64,000 nt of DNA. Origin: Octopus sinensis (taxonomy: Eukaryota). Position numbers and translations under genes: made by a program. Below the pieces are notes generated by a model that saw only the letters and a list, made by a program, of their open reading frames with translations, was not told where the DNA came from and made no database searches. This document shows positions 51,975-64,000 of this stretch, piece after piece; the first letter of the stretch is position 1; each line of letters begins with the position of its first letter. The stretch is taken from NCBI RefSeq assembly GCF_006345805.1, contig NC_042998.1, positions 175,708,001 to 175,772,000 of the forward strand, written 5' to 3'.

Positions 51975-54603
51975 TAGCAATTCGTATAAAATTGCATCAA
52001 TGACTTGAACTTGAATAAGTGGTTTCACATAAATGGGGATAAATTAAAAAGGTTTGTTGTTATTATTATTACTGTTTGACTATTGTAATCACGTTTGTTG
52101 GTTCCTCGTCAGGGAAACGTTGTTGTGTTGCATTTGTTAAATAATTGTAAACCGTAACCCTCCCCCTTTCGGAGAAGGGGCTTTGGTTATTGTTTAAAAA
52201 TTGAATTATGTCCCTGTTTGGGGTAATTGACAATATTTTCACTGTCTTTACGGAAGCATTTTTGTTAAAATGCCTTCGAAAGAAGAATGTCCAAAATTGA
52301 ATTTCGCTGCAGCCGTACACTTCTATACAAGAGGGAGGACAAGATCCAATTGATCGAAATTGCAAGAGACGGGCCTACAATTCCAGTCTGTTATATATTT
52401 TGAGTATTGTTATCACTAGCGATATCATGATATAACTTTGTATTTTGTATTTTATGTGTAGATGTATATATATAGATGTACATGTAATATGTACACATAT
52501 ATATACACATAAATACATGCATAGCATATCTACCCATAACACACACGCACACACACACACATACGTAGGGGCAGGTGTGGCTGTGTGGTAACAAACTACG
52601 TTCCAAACACATGGTCCTGGGTTCGGTCCCACTGTGTGGTGACTTGGCATGTGTCTTCTGCTGTAGCTTCAGACCATCAAAAGCCTTCTCAGTGGATTTT
52701 GTACATATATACAGGCATGCATACATATATATACATACGTACATATTCGGCATAAACACTCTACCACTACAACTAATAACTGTTGGGAACACTTTCAATC
52801 CTGCCTTACATTCGAACCGGAATCTCAAAAACATTGTCCCCTTCAGCGCCAAGCTCAACTGCTCTATCCTGACATGGAGGGTATCAGCAATGAAATCTAT
52901 AACAAAACACTCATTGACGTTGAAGACAGAATTGATAAATTGGGTGGAAATGAATTGTCGACGTATGGCCTGCCACAAGCATTCAGGTCAGGGTCAAATA
53001 GCCTTCCCACTGCTGTCATTCGTGAAACAACCTACGACACTCAAGCGCTTTCAAAGTACATTGTTGAAAATGAGCCTAAATTACTTCCGGACCAGCTGCA
53101 GGCCTACAGAACTATTCTTAACAGTGTACGCCAACGCGAGGGACCAATCTTCTTCCTCGGTGCTCCTGGAGGGACAGGAAAAACATTTATTACAAAGCTT
53201 CTCCTTGCAGAAGTTAGGTAGCATCAGGACATTGCAGTAGCTGTAGCCTCCTCTGGCATTGCAGCTACTTTGTTACCCGGTGGCAGGACAGCACACTCAA
53301 CTTTTAAACTCCCTCTCATGCAACATCAACAAAAGCTCAGATCAGGGACAAGTACTTAAAATGTGTTATGTAATTGTCTGGCTGTGTGCACTATGGCTCA
53401 CAAGGGAGCTTTGGAAGCATTAGATAGAGCCCTGAAAGACATCCGAGACTGTCAGGCTCCAATGGGAGGTGTAACGCTTCTGTTGTCAGGTGATTTCAGG
53501 CAAACTCTTCCTATCATTCCGAAAGGCACTAGAGCTGATGAAGTTCAAGCATGCCTAAAGTCCTCTACCCTATGTCATCATGTTACAATCTTTAGTCTCA
53601 CCACTAACATGAGAGCTCAGCTACACGGCGACAAAATGTCCACAAAGTTTGCACAGGACATTTTGACACTTGGTGAAGGCAAGATGCCTCTCGATGCTGC
53701 AGGACAAATGGAAGTGTGGTCATTTTCCTCTGTTGTTCATTCTGTAGATGACCTCAAAAACAAAGTCTTTCCCAACTTCACACAAAACTACCAAAATCAC
53801 AATTGGCGGTGTGAAAGAGCCATATTAGCTCCAAAAAACGTCGCTGTTAACAAAATTAATCAACAGCTAATGCATTCTCTTCCCGGCACTAGACACACTT
53901 ACAAGTCTGTTGATACAATTCCAGATATAAATGAAGTTGTGAACTATCCTCCTGAATTTCTCAATTCACTGGAGCCTCCTCGACTACCTCCACACATATT
54001 ACCACTTAAAGTTGGAACTCCTGTAATGCTACTCCGCAATCTGGAACCACCAAGACTTTGCAATGGAACACGACTGGTGATAAAGAAAATGATATCACAC
54101 GTTATCGAGGCGATCATTCTTTCTGGATGTGGAAAAGGTGATGACGTCTTTATTCCAAGATTTCCTCTTACTCCATCAGGAGCAGAAATTCCATTTACAT
54201 TCAGAAGACTGCAATTCCCCCCTCGTGTCAGCTTTGCCATGTCCATTAACAAATCTCAGGGTCAAACCCTCTCTGTAGCTGGTCTTCTCTTGGAAGAGCC
54301 CTGCTTCTCGCATAGGCAACTGAATGTTGGCTGCTCAAGAGTAGGAACCAAAAGAAACCTTTTTGTATATGCTCCACAAGGAAAAACAAGGAACATTGTT
54401 TACAACGAGGTGTTATAATCTCAACAGCCAGGAGGTATATACAAGATCCCCTTTTTTTTAACAAAATTCATGTACTTTCATGTATTTATATTAATATACG
54501 TATATTTGTGTGTGTATGTGTTTGTGTATCCATATATATATATAACAGAAAAGTCTAATTCTTCTATTGAATGTAACCGGGCAACGCCGGGTATCTCTGC
54601 TAG
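51521..54603 (+). mobile_element. Internally deleted Helitron (helicase retained, Rep lost)
   Basis: A|TCTTATGATAAAAGGCAG 5' end; 3' hairpin CCGGGCAACGCCGGG plus TCTGCTAG|T; carries a family B SINE head (+, ~52565-52710). Confidence 0.85.
52850..54418 (+). pseudogene. Helitron PIF1-type SF1 helicase remnant
   Basis: FFLGAPGGTGKTF (Walker A), VASSGIAATLLPGGRTAHSTFKLPL, LLSGDFRQTLP, LKVGTPVMLLRNL...LCNGTRL, FAMSINKSQGQTL...CFSHRQL; an in-frame stop at ~53219 and a deletion near 53330. Confidence 0.93.
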
Positions 54604-54634
54604 TGTATATATATATATATTATATATAATATAT

Positions 54635-54678
<44 letters not shown>

Positions 54679-54692
54679 GACATATATACATA

Positions 54693-57069
54693 TAGTCGTT
54701 CCTGACTAGATTCGTAAAGTCAAAAATTCGTATTGTTGGGGTATTATCGTCCATGGAAAACAATGAATATACCTTTAATTAGTTCCCACTAAAGAAGTTG
54801 ATTCTTAAACTTTCTAAAATTGAAAAAAAAAAAGGTTAAGATATAAATAATCACAAACTACAGAATGAAAAATAGAAAAACCTATAAAACAAAATATTCA
54901 ACCCATGAAATTTAATTCGTATCCATTGGGTCTAACGTCACTGGGGCCTCTTGAGAGCATGTCAATTCCATTTGTTGAGTTTCTTTTTGTTTTGTTGTTT
55001 GGTTCGAATTAGTTTTCTTCGTTAAAAGCTTATCTAAAGTTGTTTGTTGAAAAGATTTCTTCATCATTTCACAGTAGATATCACGATAACAAGCATGACC
55101 TCTCATTAAATTTGCAGTAACAGTTGAGCTTCTTTCAAAATCGGCACCTTGCTGCTCAAAGATTTCATGCACTCCGGCATTCTTCTTCTTCTTCTTCTTC
55201 TTCTTCTTCTTCTTCTTCTTCTTCTTCTTCTTCTTCTTCTTCTTCTTCTTCTTCTTCTTCTTCTTCTTCTTCTTCTTCTTCTTCTTCTTCTTCTTCTTCT
55301 TCTTCTTCTTCTTCTTCTTCTTCTCTGTCACGTTTAAACTTTTTCATTTCTTGCAATTCTTCATTTGTAATTTCATCACTGTGAGCATAAAGAGCTTCTT
55401 TTATATCTTCAGGTGAAATTTCTAAGTTCGATTCCTTTGCGTGTCAGTTTCTTTTTGAAGACCTTCATGAAGATTATCAAATCTTCAAAATTTCAATTAA
55501 TTTGGGACAGAGATTTTTCCAATTTCCTTTCATGTTCTTTACGGCAATCCTACCCATGCCTTCTTTATCAATTTTATTGCATCAAGGATGTTGAAGCGCT
55601 TCCAAAATTCTTGAATCGTAGGACCATTTTCTTTATAAGTCACTCCGATGAGTCTTTCAAAGGTGAAAAGGAATTAGTAATATTTAAACGATGAAATGAC
55701 TCCTTGATTCATAGGCTGCAATAAAGATGTTGTATTAAGAGGTATAAAAAAAAAAAAACATTAATATTTTGATGGTGATGCTTTAAAAGTGCAGCATGGT
55801 TGGGAGCACTATCCATTATCAAAAGAATCTTGAAAGGAATTATTTATCCTTACAATATTTTTTTCCATTTCGGGAACAAAGTGATTAGAAAACCAATCTT
55901 CAAATAGAGTTCCTGTCATCCAAGCTGTTTTGTTTTGCTTCCAGATTATAGGAAGTTTCGTCTTGTCTATTCCTTCTAAAGTACGGGTGTTTTCAGATCG
56001 ATAATTAAGTATGAGATTGAGTTTGCAGTCCTCTTCAAAATTTCCTCCCAGGAGCAATGTTATCCCATCTTTTACAGCTTTGAATCCTGGCCTTGAAGAT
56101 TTTTCTCTCGCAATAAAAATCCTTGAAGGCATTCGTTTCCAAAATGGGCCCGTTTTATCCACATTAAATATTTGAGACAACCTTCTTCTTCAACCAAATC
56201 TTCTAATTGGCGAGGAATTGTTTCTGCGGCTTTTTGATCTCCGCTAGACGATTCTCCTTGGATCTTTACATTGTTTAGATTTGCTTGTTTTTTGGAAACC
56301 ATCAAACCAACCATTGCAAAAGTGTAGATTTGCTTGTTTTTTTGAAACCATCGAACCAACCATTGCTTGTTAAAAAGGCTTCATTTAATCCATCTGATTT
56401 ATCCTTAAGCAAGTTAAAAAGTGAAATTGCTTTACTACCAATTATTGCCTGACTAAGTGGCATATGACGTCTATGAATTTGATCGTTAATCCAAGCTGTC
56501 AAAAGTTTTTCTGTGCGTGAGACTAAACTTTCATTATCTCTTCTTCGTAACCAAGTTGAATTTAGAGAATGACATCCTTTAACTTTATCGAAATAATTTT
56601 CTTTTGGCTTGAAGATGGTACAAACAGATGAAGGAGCCATATCAAATTTTTTTGATAAATCTTTAAAAGTTGCACCTTTTCCGTGTTGTTTAATCAATCC
56701 GTATTATATTTCTAGATTAATTGTTTTACGTTTCTTCTTATCTTTGCTTTGCATTCCAGAATTCTTTCTTTTCGAAGCCACCACAAGGGTAGTCAAAAAA
56801 ATAAAATGCGTAAAAAATAAAAATAAAAATAAAGAAGTGAATAGAATGAAGGAAGATAAAATGCAGGCTAGCGCGAAGCCAGTCGGGCAGGCACTGACAC
56901 ACTTCAAATCCAAAAAGTAGTTGCAGACGATCGCTGGAGATAACAAGTGCTGCCAGGCCGGAAGTGACGCTCGTTGCCATGGTAACTAACCATTTGTTTT
57001 TGTTTCTCGTCAACAATTCGTAAAGTTGAGGTTTCGTAAATCGGGGTTACGTAAAACGAGGTATGCTTG
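54693..57069 (-). mobile_element. Tigger/pogo transposon, decayed
   Basis: Terminus CAAGCATACCTCGTTTTA (Tigger1-like CAGGCATACCTCGTTTTA); CENP-B-type HTH (EKLLTAWINDQ...SNGWFDGFKK) and DDE_1 (IFNVDKTGPFWKRMPSR...KAVKDGITLLLGGN...NKTAWMT); left end approximate. Confidence 0.9.
55180..55323. repeat. Pure (TTC)~48 tract inside the Tigger acidic region
   Basis: Direct reading. Confidence 0.95.
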
Positions 57070-57967
57070 AATATATATATATATATATATATAAATGAGA
57101 ATTTACTGTGGTCAAAACTGCGTGGCGTTCAATTATGAATATATAAAACGAAAAGTACACATTGTGTACAGAACAACGCAGCCTTGACCACAGCAAGTTC
57201 TTACTTTTATTCATAATTTCTGCGATTTCATACTGTTTTCTTTCTTTCTCTCTATCCCACTATAACCTTTGCTTCCCCTATCTGTCCTTCTTCCACTCCC
57301 TACTATCTGTCGTTCCTTCTCCCTTCTCCTCACTTCTTTTGTTTCTTTCCCTCATCATTTCTTTTGTTCATCTTCCACTCTACCTCTGTTACTCACACGT
57401 GACTACAGGCTATTTCTATTGTCCCTTTCTTTTCTGGACTGGTCGTTCATCGGGTTGGATGTAATTCTTCTCGACTCTCGAAATTTTTTCTTCTACTATT
57501 TTCTTCTCTTCTAATTATTCTCTTCTACTATTTTCTTCCCTTCTGTTATCCTATTTCCTTGATAAAATTTCTCCCAGGCATTACTCATTACGATTCGTCT
57601 TGGCCTAACAGCCCTTTGTCGATTGTTTACTCTGTACGTCCACTCTGTCGTTATTTATTCGTTCGAAGCTCTGGCTTTCCATGAATTTTTAAATTAAAAT
57701 TTTTAAAAAATTTCTGGATGCTGCTGTCTTATGAAGGTCCCTATATTGTCATTAAAAGCATGAAATAGGAGTAATAAACAGTCCGACAACTGATGAGGAA
57801 TTATCTTCTTTTAGTATTTTGCATTGTACTTTTCTCGCGTGTGTCTACGTATTTTTCACTCGTTGGTGATGTCCTGTACTTATTGCGTATGTTTTTGGAA
57901 TTTTGTCTTGTACTTATCTCTTGTGTGTTTACGTTTCACTCATTAGTAATATCCATTTTTTCATTAT

Positions 57968-58085
57968 ATATATGACGAAGAGCTCCGCTCGAAACGTTAA
58001 ATCCTTCTTTCTTTCCTTTCATGAGCGCCCAGTAACACTATACTTGTTCCACGTCCTCGCGTTGTTGTATTTTTAATTTCACGCA
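57968..58085 (+). mobile_element. Fragment of the 48.2-kb hammerhead-bearing repeat family
   Basis: ATGACGA-A-GAGC-TCC-GCTC-GAA-ACGT-T-AAAT followed by GAGCG...ACTATA(C/T)TTGTTCCACGTCCTCGCGTTGTTGT shared with the 48.2-kb copy. Confidence 0.7.
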
Positions 58086-58119
58086 TGCGCATTGTTAGCT
58101 TTTGATTTTGTTGACTACA

Positions 58120-58862
58120 CAGTATAGTAGGGTCAGTTGGACGTCTGTGAGAAAAACAGCACCATGACGAAATTAACTCTTCCAGAAATTTGGAAACAAC
58201 ATACTGTACTGCTTGGCATTCGCACCGGAAGCTTCAATATGAACATTTCAGAGTGATTGGATGTCGATCTGAGGACAGTGCGTGTACTGAGAGTGATAAA
58301 AATCAAACATACAGTCAACATGATGGTGTTTTGAGTGATCACTAGTGATGGCGACGTTATGCCTCCATTCATCTTCCCTCACGGCCTCAGATTCAATACC
58401 GAGGCGGACATTAAGTGCCTGGAGGAGTGGCAACAGGACACTGCACCAAGCTACACAAACTAGAGAAGCCAGTCATGGCTGTCAGACAATTTCTTCGACC
58501 ACATCACCCCTAACATCTGGCAACCTAACTCCCCAGAATGCAACTCCCTTGATTATTATGTGTGGAGCGCAGTTGAGCGAGAGACCAATTAAACTTTTTG
58601 TAACACAAATGATGAACTGTCGGTAAGGATTACGGCAGCATTGACCAATTTAAACAAGGAAACCGTTCAGTGGAGTTGCAGGAAATTCTGAAGTGGTCTA
58701 GAGGCTGTGGTTGAAGCCAATGGTGATTTTATTGAATAAATTTACTCTTTAGTATTTCAAGATATTTTTATATAATTTTGGTAAATACATCTGTTAAAAT
58801 GAGATGTCCGTGTTATTTTCATTTTTGCGTAATTTAGACGACAATATATTCACTGCACTCTG
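58120..58862 (+). mobile_element. DD37D (maT) transposon with internal deletions, same family as 12370-13090
   Basis: QD-TAPSYTN*RSQSWLSDNFFDHITPNIWQPNSPECNSL-D (37 residues, read directly); 3' end GACGACAATATATTCACTGCACTCTG matches the 12370 terminus. Confidence 0.88.
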
Positions 58863-59067
58863 AGATGCAGAACGAAGTTTTGTCAGTGAACAGGTTGCGG
58901 TCTCAAAGCGACGAAAATATTTTGACAAATTAAATTTAAATGTTGAAGTGAATCTAACGGTTTTTGTGTGTTTCTTAAATGGCTTATAAACACCTTCCAC
59001 GCTGCAATTGTTTTCGTTCCAGCACACGATCTCAGATCAAGTCACTCGCTATGCAAGTACATCTCCG

Positions 59068-59121
<54 letters not shown>

Positions 59122-59184
59122 GGAATTTACAAAAAAACAAATGACAAAGACAGGAGATGAGAACGAGATTTTGTCTACTACTTG

Positions 59185-59775
59185 CATCTCTTTCACTTGT
59201 TTAAGTCATTGGATTACGGCCATGCTGGAGTATCGCCTTGAAGGGTTTAACTGAACAAACCGACTCCAGAAGTCTCTTAAACTTGGTGCTTTTTTTTTCA
59301 GTTTCTTTAGTAGAAGTGCTGAATTACGGGGGACGTAAACAAACCAGCACCGGTTGTAAAGAGGTGGTGGAGGACAAACAAAAGCACAAAGGCACACACA
59401 CACACACACACACACATACACAGACACACACAGACATACACATAGACACACACACAGACACACACACACAGACACACACACACACGCACACACACAACAC
59501 ACACACACACATACACAGACACACACAGACATACACATAGACACACACACAGACACACACACACAGACACACACACACACACGCACACACACACACACAC
59601 ACATACACATAATGAGGTTGGGGTTCTTTCAGTTTCAGCCCGTTAAATCCACTCGCAAGGCTTTGTTCGGCCCGGATCTATAGTAGAAGTCACTTGCCCA
59701 GGGTGCCTTGTAGTGGGACTGAACCCAGAACCATGTGGTTGGAAAGCAAACTTCTTACAACACGGCTATGGCTAT
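59185..59775 (-). mobile_element. Family B SINE with long (CA)/(CAGA) tract
   Basis: Colinear with other copies. Confidence 0.8.
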
Positions 59776-60365
59776 GCCTGCGTTTTCAACACATTACATT
59801 TTATATGTAAGACCCCGTTGTATTTGAATTACACATTCAGAACTCCAGTAACCAACCCAAACTGTATCATTATAATCCTTGTATTTTTCTCTCTATACTA
59901 ATCACTCTAAGACTTGCAAAATGAATAGAATATGGTATGCCAAGGACGTCTAATAAGACCAAAACCTGTCTGTTACTTTCACAAGTTGCTTTAAAGATCA
60001 CGTCTACATTCTTGATATTGCCTAAAAATTTCAGTTATCTCAAATTATTGGAATTGTAATCCCTGCTTGTTGTTCTTAGATATTAAAATACTCTCTGGCG
60101 AAAGTTTTTATCTACTAAATGCCTGGTAATATCAGCTTATGCATATAATTTTTCTTATGTGAATATAATTATTTATATGTGCATATAGGCATGTCTTGGT
60201 GTGTACGCATACTATGGACACAAGAAAATGTTAGTGTATGTGTGTGTGTATAGGTGCTTGTATGCACCAATTTATGTAAGTTTATACTTGTGTTTGAGAA
60301 AGAATACCTGTGTGTGTGTAATGTTATGTGTGCGTGCGCGCATGTGTGATGTGTATACTGTGTGT

Positions 60366-60406
<41 letters not shown>

Positions 60407-60624
60407 TATGTATGTGTGTGTGTGTGTGCTTAAATTATCCACCCACATCAAATCAGACTGTATTCAGTCATGAACAATGTGGTTAGGGAAAAATCTCACA
60501 GAGGAGCGTTCTTCAAACTAAATAACTTATTCAGTACGTTCTCACATATGTCAACTTTTGTGAGAACCTAGCATAGTTTAATTATCTTCGAAGATTACTT
60601 GTTCTGCTTCAATGAGGCCCTAGA

Positions 60625-60818
60625 AGTGCGCGCGCGTGTATAAAGTGCTCATAACCAACCACATACGTCGCATACGAGTGCGTGTGGTGAGGACAATCGT
60701 GACGTTAGTGTGACAAACATCTGATTCACTGGCCTCTTACATAATCAAACAATGTGGTGTGTCTGTCAAGGCCAACGTTGCCTAACAGTGAGCCGCCGCT
60801 TCCTACCGACAAGTAAGT
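60625..60818 (+). promoter_or_regulatory. Candidate Pol II core promoter and non-coding first exon
   Basis: GCGCGCGCG-TG-TATAAA (TATA at 60639-60644), CpG-richer unique sequence, donor-like AA|GTAAGT at 60813. Motif evidence only. Confidence 0.3.
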
Positions 60819-60984
60819 GGTGACAGGCGTGGTGTTGTTGTATGGTGTTTCATGGTGGCGGTAGTGTTGGTGGAGCTGGCAGCAGTACCGTAGGATGTGG
60901 TGTTGGTGGTGTTGCTGCTTGTAGTGCTAAAGCGTGCCTGTGAGTAATTTAATGCCAGCCTGTGGAGTTGCTTCTGCGATGCTT

Positions 60985-61310
60985 CGTCTTGTTGGTGATG
61001 ACGGTGGTAGTGGCGGCACTCTTGATGATGATGGTGGTGGTGGTGGTGGTGGTGTTGATTTTAATGGTATCGATGGTGGTGCTGGTGATAATGTTAATAG
61101 TGATTCGAGTGGTGGTAGTGGTGGTGGTGATGGTGGTAGTGGCGGCACTGTTGATGATGATGATGATGATGATTATGATGGTGGTGGTGGTGTTGATTTT
61201 AATGGTATCGATGGTGGTGCTGGTGATAATGTTAATAGTGATTCGAGTGGTGGTAGTGGTGGTGGTGGTGGTGATGGTGATGGTGGTGGAACTGGTGGCG
61301 ATGTGATGAT
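60985..61310. repeat. (GGT/GAT)-rich low-complexity region with a ~130-bp internal tandem duplication
   Basis: GTTGATTTTAATGGTATCGATGGTGGTGCTGGTGATAATGTTAATAGTGATTCGAGTGGTGGTAGTGG occurs twice identically. Confidence 0.85.
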
Positions 61311-61894
61311 GTCGGTGGAGCTGCTGGTGGTGGCTGTGATTATGGTGGTAGTGGTGGAGGTCACGGCTGTAGTGTTGACAAGCTTTTCCTTTCCCCAACA
61401 GCGATGATGACCCAACTAATGTCGATGACCGACTGTCATTTTGTCTCAACGTCGTAGCCATCCACCCACGTTCCACCATTTGTTCTCTCACATTTTCAGA
61501 AAAGTTTTAATCATATTTCGAAAGCTTCCGACTGACTATGACTCAGTCCTCTTTCTGTCTGCACATTTTTACGGCAAAACAATTAACCTTAATTTTTCTC
61601 TCAAAGTCATGTGGCACGATCTTCATGGGAACTTCATGCAACAATTTTCTCTTTCTCTATGTTGTTGTCCATTGTAGTGAAAGGTTTAGCGATCGCCTTC
61701 GGTGAATGCTCTTTCTGGTTTGAAACGCTAGTAGTATTACACATGAAGTGTGCGACAAAATCATCCATTTCGAATCTTCTCTGTTTGGCTTTCACTTTTC
61801 AATTCCTTCAATTTTGTTCCAATTGATTTCAAATTTGGAGTATTGATTTAGTTTTGTATGCTAATTATGGAAATGAAATTCATTTCCATCAGAA

Positions 61895-62300
61895 CTCTTT
61901 TACTTGTTTCAGTCATGTGACTGTGGCCATGCTGGAGCACTGCCTTTAGTCGAGCAAATCGATCCCACGACTTATTCTTTGTAAGCCTAGTACTTATTCT
62001 ATCGGCCTCTTTTAACGAACCTCTAAGTTACGGGTACGTAAACACACCAGCATCGGTTGTCAAGCGATGTTGGGGGGACAAACACAGACACACAAACATA
62101 CACACACATACATACATATATATACATATACACATATATACGACGGGCTTTTTTCTGTTTCCGTCTACCAAATCCACTCACAAGGCTTTGGTCGGCCCGA
62201 GGTTATAGTAGAAAACGCCCAAGGTGCCACGCAGTGGGCATGAACCCGGAACCATGTGACTAGTAAGCAAGCTTCTTACCACACAGCCACTCCTGCGCCT
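61895..62300 (-). mobile_element. Family B SINE, near-consensus
   Basis: Full tail, body and tRNA-like head. Confidence 0.9.
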
Positions 62301-63172
62301 ATAAATTAATTAATAAAAAGTTAATAGCTTTTGAAGTTAGCAGATTTGGGGTAATTTTAGCTAGTCGAAAACCACAGATATATTGGTGCCTGTTTCCAAG
62401 CCAAGCTGTTTTGTAGCTTGCTGACTCGTCAGTAGCATTGTGGTTTCCTGCTTGTACCCGTCTATTACTGTCGCTGTGGGATCCACCCTTCTATGGTTGA
62501 TTCATATTTCTGCGAGTTAATATGGCTCATGAGATATGAAAATTGGGCAGAATGCTGACTTAAGCACTCATAACTTTTTAAAAAAAAGTTTTGGAATCTT
62601 CAGAAAATTTTTGCGAATTTTATGTTCTACACACGGGAATTTATACGATTATGAAAAAAAAAGTGTGTGATTTAAAGGTGATTTAGCTGTTGCTTTAGCA
62701 CAACTCACGACCACCTGATACCTTCCTCGTTTCTTTGTCACTCCGACATGTATTGATGTTTTCAATACCCTTTTCTCTATAATATCATTAAACTGAACGA
62801 TGATGCACTCAAGTGTGGTCTACAGCTGGGATTTAAGCAAACAATTCGGAGTGTCCTTATTTTAAACCCTGATTTTTAAAAATTTCGAAAACAGTGGAAT
62901 TTGAAGAGTTTATTGGGTTGATGGTTAAAGAAATTATTAGTATTTTTTTTGCATAATTGTATGAATTCCTGTGTCTAGAATAGAAATTCGCGAAAATTTT
63001 CTGTAGATTCCAAAAACTAAAATAGTTCTGGGGGCTTATGGGGTGCTTAAACCAGAATTCCGCCGAAAATTGTAATTTGTTTGACAAACTCCAAGAGTTG
63101 AATTACTAAAAAAAAAAAAAAAAGTTTTTTTGTAATTTAACGTTTAATTTCAGTTTATGTATTTGTGTGTGC

Positions 63173-63221
<49 letters not shown>

Positions 63222-63479
63222 TTTTCGCATTACATGCCTGTCCGAACATTTCACATGACTTTATTCTTTAAAACTCGTTAAAACTTCCATCGTTGAATGT
63301 TTCGTTGTCGAAATGTTGTCATCAGTCGTCGTAATGTTACATCACGCACAAAATGGATTTGGTCTCAAAACAGAATGATGCAACAAAATACTGCAAGACA
63401 TTTTGCCCAATGCGCCAACGATTCTGGTAATTCGCTGCCCTTAATTATCTTTAATTTAGACACAATCTTTTAAGGCAGC

Positions 63480-64000
63480 AAGTTTTCACACCGGGCGAAA
63501 TGCTTAGCGGTATTTCGTCTGCCGTTACGTTGTGAGAACGTTAGCACGCCGGGCGAAATGCTTTGCGGTATTTCGTCTGCTGTTACGTTCTGAGTTCAAA
63601 TTCCGCCGAGGTCGACTTTGCCTTTCATCATTTCGGGGTCGATTAAATAAGTACTAGTTACGCACTGGGGTCGATGTAATCGACTTAATCCGTTTGTCTG
63701 TCCTTGTTTGTCCCGTCTGTGTTTAGCCCCTTGTGGGTAGTAAAGAAATAGGTATTTCGTTTGCCGTTATGTTGTGAGTTCAAATTCAGCCGAGGTCGAC
63801 TTTGCCTTTCGTCCTTTCGGGAGTCGATTAAATAAGTACCAGTTACGCACTGGAGTCGATGTAATCGGCTTAATCCGTGTGTCTGTCCTTGTTTGTCCCC
63901 TCTGTGTTTAGCCCCTTGTGGGTAATAAAGAAATAGGTATTTCGTCCATCTTTACGTTCCGAGTTCAAATTCCGCCGAGGTCGACTTTGCCGTTCATTCT
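63480..64000 (+). mobile_element. Head-to-tail array of family A SINE units (runs off the window)
   Basis: Tail AAAGAAATAG joined twice directly to the internal GTATTTCGT site of the next unit (~63751, ~63937), plus a partial head duplication near 63535. Confidence 0.9.

Noticed and set aside
52575-53240. 221-aa ORF overlapping the Helitron
   Set aside because: Starts in a SINE head and runs in a frame shifted from the helicase; a chance fusion.
57106-57193. 18-bp inverted repeat CTGTGGTCAAAACTGCGT / ACGCAGCCTTGACCACAG
   Set aside because: Single occurrence, no TSD and a long AT-rich loop; cannot distinguish a tiny MITE from a chance hairpin, and it does not fit a pre-miRNA shape.
63295-63330. 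Minus-strand CTGATGA...GAAAC hammerhead-like spacing
   Set aside because: The intervening CAAC-ATTTCGA-CAAC is a direct, not inverted, repeat (no stem II), and stems I and III do not pair.
63480-64000. CRISPR-like repeat array
   Set aside because: Units are ~185-bp SINE bodies with no unique spacers and no cas genes, in eukaryotic context.

Overview
AT-rich, microsatellite- and transposon-saturated animal DNA with no recognisable intact host protein-coding gene. The tRNA-derived SINE families and (CATA)n/(TA)n/(CA)n density point to a cephalopod (Octopus-type) intergenic or intronic region; this assignment is inference from repeat content, not a database match. Almost every ORF in the supplied track is microsatellite read-through or a decayed transposon protein. 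Recognisable elements: a complete TIR/TSD-bounded hAT (Charlie/SPIN/GTF2IRD2-like) nested in an older hAT; an internally deleted Helitron with a PIF1-type helicase, a separate Helitron Rep remnant and several non-autonomous Helitrons; a DD34D mariner; three maT-like remnants (DD37D spacing countable in two); two copies of a two-headed mariner derivative; a Tigger/pogo with an expanded GAA tract; RTE, L2/CR1-like, Tx1-like, R4/Dong-like and HERO-like LINE fragments; a solo LTR; and about 30 SINE copies from at least four families. The most striking unexplained signal is six short loci that fit the minimal type I hammerhead ribozyme layout (CUGANGA / stem II / GAAA / palindromic stem III / stem I), with compensatory changes between families, as known for Penelope-like elements and retrozymes. 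Also notable: a SINE that repeatedly inserts at G(T/C)AT sites, including inside its own head, building a tandem array; a perfect 193-bp local duplication; and candidate regulatory islands (TATA plus donor site at 60.6-60.8 kb, CTCF-like motif at 15.37 kb). Element boundaries without a stated TSD/TIR are approximate.
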